This document shows, piece by piece, positions 47,230-61,200 of a stretch of 64,000 nucleotides of DNA. Both the position numbers and the translations under genes were made by a program. Origin of the DNA: Bispira polyomma (lineage: Eukaryota); assembly GCA_965649765.1 (NCBI GenBank), contig OZ287753.1, positions 16,678,001 to 16,742,000 of the forward strand, in the 5' to 3' direction. Below the pieces are notes generated by a model. It was not told the DNA's origin. It saw only the letters and a list, made by a program, of their open reading frames with translations, and ran no database searches. The first letter of the stretch is position 1. Every line of letters begins with the position of its first letter.

Positions 47230-48590
47230 TGTAAAAAAAGATCCTCCATAAAGTTACAGATCCTCTTCTATCGGACTGTAACAGCCTTGCTGAAGCAGGT
47301 AATATGTTTGGAAAATATTTTTTTGAGAAGATTGATAAACCATATATGGCTTTCAAACCATCCACCTCTCTCAACCTCCCAACTCCACCACACAGACCAT
47401 GCCTTAAATAAGTTCAGAAAACTATGAAATCCTCAAACACTCAAAACTCTAATCACAAACATAGTAAACTACTCACTTCAAGAGGGATGCTTCCCAAAGT
47501 CTTCTAGAACTGCCAATGTACACTCCTCTACTTAAAAAGTCAAATTTAGACAGAAACCTTAAAAATTACAGACCAGTATCAAAATTGATCTTTGTCTCTA
47601 AGCTGATGGAGAAAGCTGCTGCACTTCAAATAAACGAATAACAGTCCATCAATCATATGGGAAACACACACCAGTCAGCCTACAGAAAAATTCCATTCAA
47701 CTGAGATGGCACTACTGAAAAGTAGCAGTGACATCAACATGGTCTTGGATAAAAATGGTATAGTTGCCCTAATCCTTCTTAACTTGTCCGCTGTGTTTGA
47801 CACAATTGATCACAAGATACTATCCGAATGTCTTAATTCTTGGTTTGGTCTGTCCGTCTCAGTCCTTCAGTAGATTGAATATTATCTACACCACCATGAT
47901 CAAATCATCAGGGTCAGCAGAGCCAAGACATTTTCTTTAGATCTCTTTTTGGTTTTCCTCAGGGTTTTGTCCTTGGGCCACTTTCATTTCACTGTACACA
48001 ACTCCGCTTCGAAAAGTAATATTATCCTTGCACCATAATATCAGCTATAACTTTTATGCAGACGATACACAAATCTACTGCTCTCTCAACTTTAAAGATT
48101 ATTGCCAGGTCCTGGAACAACTTTCTAGCTGCCTCACATCAATCTTGGATGAATTATTCTCAATTGAAATTGAACCCTAATAAGACAGAATATCTATTTA
48201 TTGGCTCCAAACATCAGACTGAAAAGGTTCTAAAGTTCTTTCCAGAACTTCCCCTAGTAACAGCACTCTTCCTGCTGACAGTGCTAAAAACCTGGGAGTC
48301 ACTTTTGACTCTTATTTCTCCTTCAAAAAACATGTTTCAAACATCTGTCGATCCTGCTACTGCAACATCTGTGACTTTTGTCGCCACCTAAGTTTGGGAA
48401 ATGTTGTTGCAGTTGCAAATGCCCTGGTATCAAGTCGACTTGCTTACTGTAACTCGGTACTATAGGGTATTGGACATAGGCAAATAAACAAGTTGCAAAC
48501 AATTCAAAACAACCTATGCAGAATTGTGTGCCATGCTGTCCCTCGGTAAATGTCCTAATTTTTAAGAATGTCCATGTGCAGCAACCTGCC
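47230..48590 (+). mobile_element. L2/CR1 LINE RT fragment
   Basis: Peptides KNYRPVSKLIFVSKLMEK, HQSAYRK..STEMALLK, LLNLSAVFDTIDH, YADDTQIY, LKLNPNKTEYL, KNLGVTFDS and ANALVSSRLAYCNS. Confidence 0.88.
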
Positions 48591-49207
48591 AAGTTATTAT
48601 ATATGCTGTCTCTCTGTTAAATCTGGATAAAAATAATGACTTTCATAATGTATGCAATGATCATGTATAATGGTCTCTGTGACCTAGTAGTGAGAGTGTT
48701 TCACTTTTTATCAGAGTGCTCATGGTTCAATCCTCTCTTCAGATGTGGAGATTTTACCCATGAGCAAGGGTACTTTACACAAAGGCATGGTGTATAAACA
48801 GGTACCTGTCCACAAATGTGTTTTAGTTTGTGTGTTGTATGTGGCTAGTAATCTTTTTACGGAGTAGAAAGTGAACAGCTGGTTGGCCAGAGGACAAACC
48901 CAGACTTCTATGAATAAATACAGTGCAGAAGCATACTCACTTAAGGGGAGACCAAGAATGTTAGTCAGTTTAAATCCAACGATTAAAGCAACATATACTG
49001 GCCAGAATTATATACAAACATATACATGTATACATATGTAGATTTAATATTGTAGGTCTTTATAATAAAGTCTCCATATTAATAACAAACTGTAGTTAAT
49101 GAGTAGTTATGTTGTAAACAATTAGTAACAAAACCAATATGTCTGTTACTTAGCCTAAGTCAAGTTTTTACAAAATTATTAAAAACGCACACCATTCTCT
49201 TTTATTG

Positions 49208-52200
49208 TTATGCTTTGGGTTGGTTTGCCATGTCCATATTATCAGGTTTTGAAGAAGTGGGACGCCTCATTATGTGAACATTCAGTAGAGATTTCCAGCA
49301 GGCTCTGATGTCATGGTTACGAACACAGTGGAAGAGGAAGATAAATAGACCTTGCAAGCTGATGCACACCACAAAGACTACCTGTATTTATAGAATGTAG
49401 GAATTAGATTCAGTTTTTCTGGAATATATCACATCATGAAATAACACTACAGCACCTGATAAACATCTCCAGTACATGATTCTATTGGATGACCCAAGTG
49501 ATCTATTTTTTGTACTTATCAAATAGCTTCTATGAAAGCAAATTAGACCATAGTTCACATATATTATACTAATACATTAATTTCAGGTTTTTTTTTGACT
49601 TGGGATATTTAACGTCCACTCTAGTACCTGTTTAGGTTATATTGGGACGGCTAGTTGGAAATGTTGGAGGAAACATTGCATACAGTTGATCAAGGTTCTG
49701 TACTGAAACCAGCAGCCTACAGTAAGGAACCACCACCTTTCCCACATAGGCACCAACGGGATTCAAACTCACGCCGCCCAGAGGTAAGAGACCAGTGATT
49801 GTGAAGCGCAAGATGAATTTCAGTAGCCAAATATTAATTCAAGTAAAGCAGCCTTTGTTTAAATAACGCAAGTGATCTATTATATGTACCTATCAATTAG
49901 CTTCTATAAATACAAATTAGACCACAGTTCACTTATATTATAATAATACATTAATTTCAGTGGCTGCATATTAATTCAAACAAAGATGCCTTTGTTTACC
50001 TGAATAACAATCTCCAGTCTAGACAAGTGCTTGTTTGTGTTGGCATCCACCACACCAAAAGCGCTGAACAGCCAAGGTACTCCAAGTAGTACTAAGGTTG
50101 CTAGAGCTCCAACTACTTGTGATTGCTTACTCTTTTTCTTTGCTATTGATTACAGGGGGGAACACATATTTCATTTTGCAGCAACACCTCTATTTCGAGC
50201 AGATACAACAACCTTCAGATAACATGTTTGGTAATGATACACAGGTTTTGATACATTTGTTTTAGACATTCTCGAATGCTGATGCAGGCATATATGTATC
50301 AAATATGTGGATGATGTATTTAGAGGAAATATTGGATTGAAACAAACCAGTCTAATTGCAGTACTACGTGGCATACCTGTACAAATTTCTCCTTTTCTTC
50401 CTAATTGAATAATGACTCTGAAGACTAGACAAAACATAATGATGTTATGGACCATAATGATGGACATTGGTACCACAAAGCCATAAAGTAAAGTGTTTGC
50501 CCTCAGTTGACACCTGCATACACATAGGAACATATAAAACCTAAGATATGCTAACACCTGCATATAGGTAGGAACGTATGGAACTTAAGATATGCTGACA
50601 CCTGCTGCATATTTGTAGGACCGTATGAAGGTTAAGTTATACAACACAGGCAGTCTGCTTTTAAATATATAGGCATAACTTGACATAAATTGTGTTACTC
50701 CTATGCTGTATATTTAATTGAACATAACTTTCATAAATATTGTTTACAGTAAGTAATGGTAATTAAGAAACACAAAGAGTGTTGGTTAATTACCTGAAGG
50801 AACACATGCCTTGTCCTTCACCATTAATGGAGAGTATAACATATTGTCCATGGAAAGCCTTGTAGTCTACAGCCTCACATATGCCAACCATTAATATGGG
50901 AACACCTTTTTTGAGTAAAACACAAAATGCAAATCCAACAAGGATATCAAGTCTCATTTTAATTCAGTAAAACTTAAAACTTCAGTAAAAAAATATCGAT
51001 AATCTTTCATAATACTAGTATATGTTCATTTATTCCATCAAAAAAAATCCATCGTGTAGTTGACCCACAGATATTAAGCACAATGCTCTCTCTCAGGTTT
51101 AAGAAGTTTAAAATCAGACTCAACTTTAAGTTTTTGCTCAGTTGCTATAGTGACACATTCAGATTTAAGGTAGATTAAATCCACCTTGAAAATCTGTACC
51201 ACTACAATTGATTGATTGACTTACCCCAAGCTACAGCAGTGGCCTTTAGCTTGAACCTCGATATGGTATCATTAAATACCCTCACAAGCATCAGGTACAT
51301 ATTGAAGCCTTCTATCCCATTCCAGAGTAAACTTACAAAGATTATGTAGTATCTATGACAGTAAATTACAAGTAATATGTAGTTTACAAAATATTACTTG
51401 TTATTTTGAAAATACTGTGGGATCAAGTGAATGCGACCATACAGGATTATACATTGTGACAGACTGAATATTTGGGCAAAAGGTTTAGCACTATAAAGCT
51501 ATATATGATACAAAAGTGCAAAGTACATGTCACAATTAACTTTAAATTGCATGGTATTAAATGTTGATGATAACATTAAATTACAATCATTTTAATGTAT
51601 AAGTGTATTAGTATAGAATGTAGTGCCAAAACAAATTTACCTGATGGTATTTGCAACACTGCAGCCAGCAATAGTATTTGCGAAACTATCCACAGTAAAG
51701 GTGAAGCTAATTAACATAATTAGTGAAAGGCAGAGGTGCGTCAATATCCAAGTTGGAATTCCTCGATGTGCATTCCTGTACAAATATGCCATTCTACATA
51801 ATAAAGAGTTGCTGTTATGTTAGGTTGTATTAAATGTTGTTACATAATGTATCAAAAGTATTTTAAATTTTGTCTGTACATAGCTATTTGTGACAAATAT
51901 TTTTTTGTATAACACAGGAAAATTGAGATGCTCTTGAAAATGATTATTATTTGTAAAAAATGATCAAATGCTCTTGAAAATGATTATCACTTGTAAAACA
52001 TTATCAAATCTTTAGCCTGTGTGCCACATACAAGAAAGTATTTAGAATGAGAAGAAGCGAGGCTACACATTGCAAGTTTGCTAATGCATGTGTATTCGTT
52101 GAAGAACAAAGCATGCGGGTGAAAAATACAGGTTTTTAAAAACTGTTATTTGGGATTGCAAGAATATAAAATATAGATCTGTGCCATCGTAGCAAAGCGG

Positions 52201-55200
52201 CGATAAGAATATCTATCAATTTACTTGAATTAGAAAACATTTGTGTTTAAAATATCCTAAAACCAACTTAGAGTAAAACAAGAATCCTCATCCTCTATTT
52301 TTATGCAGAGCAGCAAATTATCCACATACCAATGATTATCAAATATTACCTAAGAATACCCCCACCCGGCCACAGTTGTGCTATGATTACTAAATAATAC
52401 AATTGTTCAAACATGATTCTGGCCATACCATGAGAGTTTTTCCATTGTTTTGTACTAACCAGTTCCATCCAAGAATGACCAATGTTTAATAGTGCCGTAA
52501 CGACTCCTGTCGACGTAGTCACAGTTGGTCATCCCAAAAGAAAATACGACTTTTGTTGAATTTTACAAATATACTCAAAATATACCCTTACCTTACCACA
52601 TAATTGTTTGCTGTTTATTGTTTATAGTTCTAAACAAGCTTTTATAACTAAATGCAAATTTCAGCTGACAGTCGTTTTTCTCTGTTGGCCATATTTAACC
52701 GGAAATATAAATATTTTATTCAACAAATTTTTGGTACTATACAAAATGCAGAGAGTAAAATAAAAAATTTAAAAAAATAGCTTTAAAATTATCGTTTGGA
52801 CATTTAACTTCTAGTTATTGTAATAAATGTGATTTTGGCGCCATACCTTGACCTTACATGCACACATGCTTTATACTTTAAACATGGCAGACATGGAAAC
52901 AAAAATTGTATTAAATCCAAATGGGAAAAGCTCTGTGTGGAAAGTGTTTGGTTTTTATGAGGTGGAAAAGAAAATAATGAAGTAGAAAGTTGTCTGTTGA
53001 CTTTGCAAGGCTGAATACAAGTATTTTGGTAAGAATTTTTCACCAAAAAATAGTATCAAGTTAAAAGTACTAAAAGTAGTATATAAAGCTGAACATATAA
53101 TATGCTACTTCTGTTTGAAAAGATCTGGAAAACCTATTAAACTACGAAAGTGACATGTAAATGTAATTTAATTGTAGTATACAAGTGTATAACCTAGAAA
53201 TATATTTTATAGTTTGTTTCTGTCAAGCTATTATTAAAAGGGTTCACACAGAAATATATTTATTGATGTTTTCTTTATTGTCAACTTCAAGTAGTTTTTT
53301 ACATGGTTGGACTTTAGTTGGGACGGATTTAAATTGAGTAATTTCTATTTTAAAATGTAGAGTAAAACTACATAAATAATATCTTACTGTCTCAAGATTT
53401 TAACTTATTTATGTCCATACCAACGGCTCCAGTTTTGCTAACACACTAATCTCTACTATTCAGGGCTTCCTTTTCCATCTTTTCATACAGGAAATGCCAG
53501 TACCATGGCTACACACATTTTAAAGGCCCATACAGATGCAAAACCTGCAAAGCCAGCAGCTCAACCAACAATGGCAGAAACCTAAACCAAAATGGCTTCC
53601 CTTTCTCTCTCTAGAAAGAACTACTTGACCCAGGCAATTACCAAGTTTATTAATAAGGATTTAAGGCCGTTGTCTACTGTTGATGGGGAAGGTTTTAAGG
53701 ATTAAGGCATTTATACTTAAGAACACTGTACCCTCAAGACAAACTATAACTGCCGAACTACCAAAGCTTTTTGAAGAAACTGCTATGAAACTGAAAACAG
53801 AGATAAGTATTCTACATGACATAGCCATCACTCATGATATGTGGATAAGCCTAAATACTGAAAGCTATGGTATAATGACTTATCATTATATATCCCATGA
53901 CTGGACCCACACCAGCATACTGCAGACAACATTGCAGCTGTTAAAGATGAAACCAGAGTGGACTGGGGCTTGCCCAAGATTGCTACAGCTGTAACGGACA
54001 ATGCTAATAATGAAACGAAGGCTGTGGCCAATTTAAGTTGGTTACATGTATATTGTCTTGGGTATAATATTAACCTTGCAGTGAAAGCTGCAACAGGTAC
54101 AACCCAAGTTGGCCCGTTCTTAGGTAAGACAAGAAGACTGGTATCTTACCTCTACAAGAAACAAGAATTGTTACTACCAACAGAACATCAGGGCCACAAG
54201 TTTATTCAGGATTTCAGCACTCGCTGGAACTCAATGTTAGATATGATTGAGTGTGTCACTGAGCAAACAGCAAAAGAGGCAACTCCAATAATATCATCAG
54301 AAACTGTACCAACACTTCCCTTTGTTCTTCCAACTTTAGCAAAATTGCAAACCTTATTGTCAGACAGCGAAACAGATTCTGCAACTATAAAAAATGAAAG
54401 TTCAAATGAATTTGAATTTAAACAAGAGATGCCAAAATGATGAGGTCAAAAAGTTTTTGGTAGTCTCTTGCCTGATGCATCCTCTGTTTAAAAATTAAGA
54501 AGATAAAGCAAGTTCCAAGGATCTTTTGTTTGAGGTTTGAGTTAGGTCAAGATAACCCAAGTGTGGTCATTAAAAAGGAACCTGGGCCAGAAACCAATTT
54601 GTCAAGTTCAGTCAACATCCCACCTCTGCCAGATTTACAATTAATGCCCTTATATGTATCAGCATTACCACCAATCTAATCTAATCTAATCTAGTCGTAC
54701 TTTTATAGCGCTTAATCTTTGTACAACAAATTCTAAGGCGCAACAAACCCAAAACGTTAATCGAAAATCAAAAATAGTGGGCGGATGGAAGTCGTAACCA
54801 GGGAGACTACCGTAAATGGTTGCGACGGCCAATGTCCTTAGATGAACCAAATCACCTAACTAATAAACAGGATCCTGATGGTTCAGATGCTCAAAATGTT
54901 CATGAACCATCCACCAAGAAACACAAAGGACATTTACAGGTTTATAATTAGTTTAAAGATGTCATAGTGGTTGCTGAGAACTGTGTCCCTGGCTTAGATG
55001 ATGAAAAATAGAATGAAAAAGAAGTGGAACTGTACTTAACTGAAGAACCATCTAAAGAAGACCCACTGATATGGTGGAATAAAAGGAAGTTGTTCTACCC
55101 ATTGCTGTCAAAGGTTGCAAAAAAATATCTAGACCCACCGCCAGTAGTGTCCCAACTAAGAGAGTCTTCAGTACAGCAGGAACTATTGTGTCAAAGAGGA

Positions 55201-58200
55201 GGGCAAGCCTGTCCAGCAAAAATGATGACAAGCTGATATTTTTTAATAAAAATTTGTACAATTTATAATTTTTCTTCTGTTTGTTTTAGACATTACTAGC
55301 GTAATTTGTGACAAATAGTTTGTTTTGTATTGTATTTTTGTATTTTTTTATGAATACTGAGTAATTACTGAAAAAATATATAATCATGTGTTTTTCTTGT
55401 CATATTAAAAAATCTTCCCACACAAATCAAAAAGTTATATTTTTGGGGTTATCAGAATATCTGAGATTATATTGGCGGGTAAAATTACGGGTGAAAATTA
55501 TATTGAGCTAGATTTAGGTGAGATATAGGAGGAGATCAAAGGGAACAAATAGGTAATATATTATTGGATTTTATTGACATTATAATATATTGGGAAAAGG
55601 ATAATTAAATTTTGTGTTTCACTGCCAAGGTAAGTGACTGCCAAGTAAAATCTCAATTATCGCTAATACCACAGATATGCATACAACGATCATCTGTTTA
55701 CCGTCGATCACCAAGTCAGACTCGTCGACTTTCGAAATTTGATGCAATTTACAGCACTAATGTTCAGTATGGTTTATAAATTAGTGTAAACCACAACAAT
55801 AGTTCGTGAATGTGTTACCTATAGGCTTTAATTCAGCCCACTTACAAACTGGAAAGAAACAAACCGTATTGTGACATAACACAGCACAGTAATTAGAAGT
55901 CCACACAATGACAATGTATTCCCAATCTTGCCAAAAATGGTTAACTCCTTCTTGTAGGAAAATCCCTGAAATAGTTATAGAGGAAGGTTGTTCATATTAA
56001 TTGTTTGTAACTACATTTCTACGATATACATATATTACAGTTGTTTATTGTACATCAACCATTTTAATTTTTTTAAACAGGTTCTTTTGTATGCAACATA
56101 TTTTTTTCATGACTTAGGTTAAGAGTGTGAGAAATTGTACTCAAGATTAAAAGTAAAATATAACAGAAACCAATCAGACCAACCAGAAAGAGGTCCATTC
56201 CTCCTTTAGTGTTTTCTGTGACTGGATCCGGAGTAGGGGTAGGTTGGGGAGACTGTTAAAAGGTGTAGAAACATACAACATGACATCATAAAACTATATC
56301 TTTAGAAGGATATATCTGCTCAAAGACGCATCTAGGACTTTCTGAATGGGAGGATCCACTCCCAGAATGTTTTGTCAACATAAATAATAAAATTATGTCG
56401 TTAGACTTATGTTGCTGCCGCCACCTGGACCCCTCTTTCAGGGATCCACATATGGTACTTTGCTAGTGCCATCTTATAAAAACCTTCTATTATAGAATTG
56501 TTTTTTATGTTATTATAGTAATGAGGAAGTCCAAGTTCACATTACTCCTGTTTTAAGAACTATCCGATGGCTGCCTATTGAGTACAGAGCAATATTCAAA
56601 ACTACTACCTTAGTATATAAATATATCTCAATTCAGGCATCCCTCGGTATTTCAGTCCTTATTTGTCTCCCTATACATGTCAACGAATACAAGGCGTACT
56701 AGGACTGAAGATGCTTTATTAAGTGTCCCTTCCTTTTGTACGATCAGTTCACAAGTGAAAAAGACATTTTAACAATAGTTTCTCATATGATGCTCCTAAG
56801 CTGTGGAATGATCTGCATCGTGATATTTGCAGTACCTCCTCACTTGCCTGTTTTTGGATAAAGCTCCAAAGCTACCTATTTAGCAAGGTTTTTTCCCACC
56901 TTAGCCTCCATACCTTGTTCCCATGTTTTCACGGTGACTACCCCTGTATGTCCAATGACTATATGAAATTGTTAAAATGATTAGAATTAGAATCTGCTAG
57001 CACAGAGATATGCGCTATAAAAGTCAGATTATTATTATTCATGTTATTGATTTCAATTCTGAAAGGACACTGTCATATTGGAAATATGTAAAGCTTTCAT
57101 AGATTGGTGGATAGCAAGCGACCCAGCCAAATTGAGGGGTGTCAGTCACACTGTGCACCAAAGTCTTTTTTAAGAGACCACCCATGTTAAAACTTTGAAA
57201 ACCCAATATTGCAAAGTTAACAACAGGCTATTACAATCTATATATCTTGGTTTAATTGGGATTTTAGTGCTAACTATTCGGCGTGTAGCCATTGCTATGT
57301 AAGAGAAACACCTTTATACTTACATGTCGAGGGAGAATAAATATCCCATAAGCTGAGGCATGCTGACAGCGACATGTTAGTAGGTCTTCTTTCAAGGTGG
57401 AAGCACAGGGCTCACTGGTCCATTTTGCTAAATGATCTGCCACAACATATATTGGAATATACTATACAGTTAAGCTAAGATGTGATGTTGCAGTGATTTC
57501 TGTGGATCGCCTAATAAACATAAAGTGAAATATTGTTGCTTAAAAATCTTTTAAAGATTTTTATCAATTTTAAGACCCAGGTTAAAATTCTTAATGCGGC
57601 AGAAAGGATGTGGCAGACGAGGTTTAGTTTGAAAACATTTGTAACGTTTAATCCTCAGATTTCAGTTATTACTTATAAACTTTAACAGGGGCAATCCATG
57701 ATATTTCTTGAAATGATCATGATGAAACACTTAGAAATCAAACCGCCAGTGCTAGTAAAGTATCCATTGTTTATGCTTACTTGTTGAATATGTGTTTTTA
57801 GTCTCGATCTCTGATCGAATACACCGTTTTATCATTCAACAGCCCTCCTACCTTGCTTTCTTCTCTCCTTCAGGAACCTAAAAAGAGGCAACAAACTCTG
57901 TTTCTTTTGTTAAGCCCTCCAGGAAGGCGGAATCCAGATCTTTCTCCATTGCAGCTCCCTTGTTATGGAACATTCTTCAAGTCGACCACAGATCATTAAA
58001 CACACTTATCGGTTTTAGAAAAAAGCTTAAACATCCTTCCGTGTAACTTTGCTATGTCCATGGATCAAACAGTTGGATCACTGATTCTGCTTTTGCGCTT
58101 TAGAAGATGCCCAGCATCAATAAAGCACATTAAAAATGCATATTAATAATAATCCTCAGCTAATGTTTTACAGAAGAGTATGGTGAATACAAAACATGTA

Positions 58201-61200
58201 GCAGGCCTGGACAAACTCAGGACAATGTACACATATCGAGTATCCCCATTACCTCTTATTTAATTAGTTTTCTATTATTAATGATTGTAACTTCCATTCC
58301 ACTTCTTCTGGATTTTCACATTTGCTAGATTACTATACCTTCATATGAAGCAGCACATTTAGCAGTAGAGCTCTCAATATTCTGAAAAAGAAATTCGAAC
58401 ACTAGAATAAAACCCACATTTCCATCATTATATAGTGCCAAACTCATTTCTAATTATAAAACAATTATAGCCCCCCACAAAATGCACCAGTGTTAGAAGT
58501 ATTATAATGCATTAGCTGCTACTGATGCTACAATTTAGAAGTGTATATAGAGTAGCTTACTTTACTGACTTATCACTGTTATGGAATAAATAGTCAATAT
58601 CTGTTCAGATTGTTCGTCTCAACATTTATTACACCTTGTATAAAATGGTCAGAGACACATGATGTGATGTAGGTTTATGTGCTGAAATCACATTATTTTC
58701 TATATCATGCGAGATCTTGAACCAGGAGAATGTCCCCCCCCCCCCCCCCCCCCCCCACACCACCACCACCACAAACACACACACAAACACCCAACTTTCT
58801 ACTGACTACATATTTTTATTCTGAACTAGAACAGTTTAGACACACAGTTTGCGCCCCACTTATCTACCTTAATAGTGTATGTCACAATAGCCTTTGAATC
58901 TCTGTGTCGTATGTCCATGAGCAACAGCGGTCCCCATGCAATTCTGTGGCCCATTTGTCTATCGGACTTGGGGTCATGTATAGGAAACATGTTCAATGGA
59001 TCAAGCAAATCACCCTTGATCCCGTTATGTAATGGAAACTCTGTTTGGTTGTCATATAGACTCCTCCCTGTGGGTAAATGTGTGAACATCTCATGATCTT
59101 TGATCATGGTGGGTGAGTAGGTCAGGACTTTGTTGAAGATATTTATGTGTTTTAACAGTAGAACACTCGCTCCATGCATGTCTACAATGATTCAAAGGAT
59201 TGCCAGTATAGTAAAACAGAGTATAGTGGATTACTAGGTATGTTATAGGCCTTAAAACTACTTTTTTAAGATGGCTGTGACACTATTTGTTTTGAAAACG
59301 TACAGTCAAAAGTTTAGCTATATTGATATATTTACCTATCTACTGCATGACTCATGCGCTAGATATTTGTAAAAGATTTATAAAACTTCAGCGATTTAGG
59401 ATATTGTGAGAAATGATAAGTACCTGTTTCTTCATTACCACCACTTTGTGTTGTTATGTCTATCTGGTAGCCCACTAGATTATAAGGTTTGCCAGTGGTT
59501 TGTACAGGTTCAGGAATATTTACTTTAATCCTATGACTTGAACAACTGTTCTGGAGCTCTGTGTAGAAGAACAAGTTATTCCGTGCTACTGTAAAATTGT
59601 CTTTAACATTTGCTACATCTAACAATTGGGGGAATTCTTGTAATTGTAGAAGTAATCTGCAAGAGGGAAAACAAGAATCACACCTTCTCTCAAATGTGTA
59701 CAGAGAATGATTTCATTCATATTATGCCCAATAACACAGTAGCTATATACTAAAATACAGTGTTTTCCTTTCCAGTTGTTATCAATACAAAATATATATG
59801 TTGATGCCGTTCACATACTGTTCAAGAATATGTTAAATGCTATTGGATCCTATGCCTTCTCTGTTGTAGCACTTACCCTATATCCTCGCTTACCTCCATA
59901 TACACCTTTCTCCTCCACATAACCCAATCAAGAATTTGCTTTGGAAACGGACTATGATTTTTACAACTTTGTCAATGATGTTGTGCTTTAGAAGATGGAT
60001 GGCATCAATCTGGCACGTTAAACATCTATCATATCATATATATATTTTAATAAATGGGTCATTGCATGAATAATAAACCCATATGAGGTTGAGATACTAG
60101 TGTCTATAGCTATTACTCATTTACATCGTTCACTTGTGTCAGATAGGGGTAATATCTCATCTCTGGTGAATAATCCTCCAAGAGGTTTGACACATATTAT
60201 ACATTTTGGGGTAACTATACCTTTTAGCTAAGTCTGGATATGCTTCAAACAACATAGTAAGTTCTCCTGGGTGCATTAGCAACACATTCAGGACAAAGAG
60301 AAACTCTTCTGCTACAGATGGTGACAGATATGTGCCACTGCCTCTAAAGGCAGGTATGACGTCAGTAAAGAAGAGCAGGGTAAGATTTATATCCTTCACG
60401 TGAAAAGGTGTAGTTTGGTGGTACTCCTCCAAAGTGACGAAGATGGTGTGCAATTTCTTAGTCTGGAATTTTGGGTGAATCATCTCTGTCCTGTTGTCCT
60501 TGAATGATTATAAACTACTTAAATTTTAGACACATGCATTAAGAGGGCTTTTGCATTTCATTAGATTCAATACCTATAAATTAATGCCAAAAAACACTAT
60601 AGCCAAAGTACAGCTATGCAGTATTGGGTACTACCTGTTTTCATGACTATAATAAACGTACCTACTATTCCACTTATTCCAGTATTCAAAGCACTAATCA
60701 ACTTTTACTTGGCTGCCCAGGAACAACCAACCTGTAACCAGCATTTCCCATAGATAAACGTAAGGATGACATCATTTAATAACATACGGAAGGTTCTTTA
60801 ACCTGTTACTGAGTATAGAAGCATAATGACAGTGGACATAGCATATGTCAGCCACTGTATATCTGCCTGTAGCTCATCTTCCCTGGCTCGGTTTGAACCC
60901 AGGTATTTTTAAAAGACTGTATTACCCACTAGGCCACTGCAGAAGGTTCATATTTAAATATATATATATAATAGTTTTACAAAATGCCAACATGGTCTGG
61001 CTATCATATCTAATTGGTATTATATTAAAACTTATGTACATTACTATACATTAGAACATAGTGTGATTCCCAATGACTGAATAACATATCATTTAAAGAG
61101 GGCCATTTTTCGATATTTTAGCTCATGAATATTGATACTAGTGAAAAATAGGTTCAAGTGAAACTTGATTTTGCATTGAGACTTTCAAACTTTACTAACC

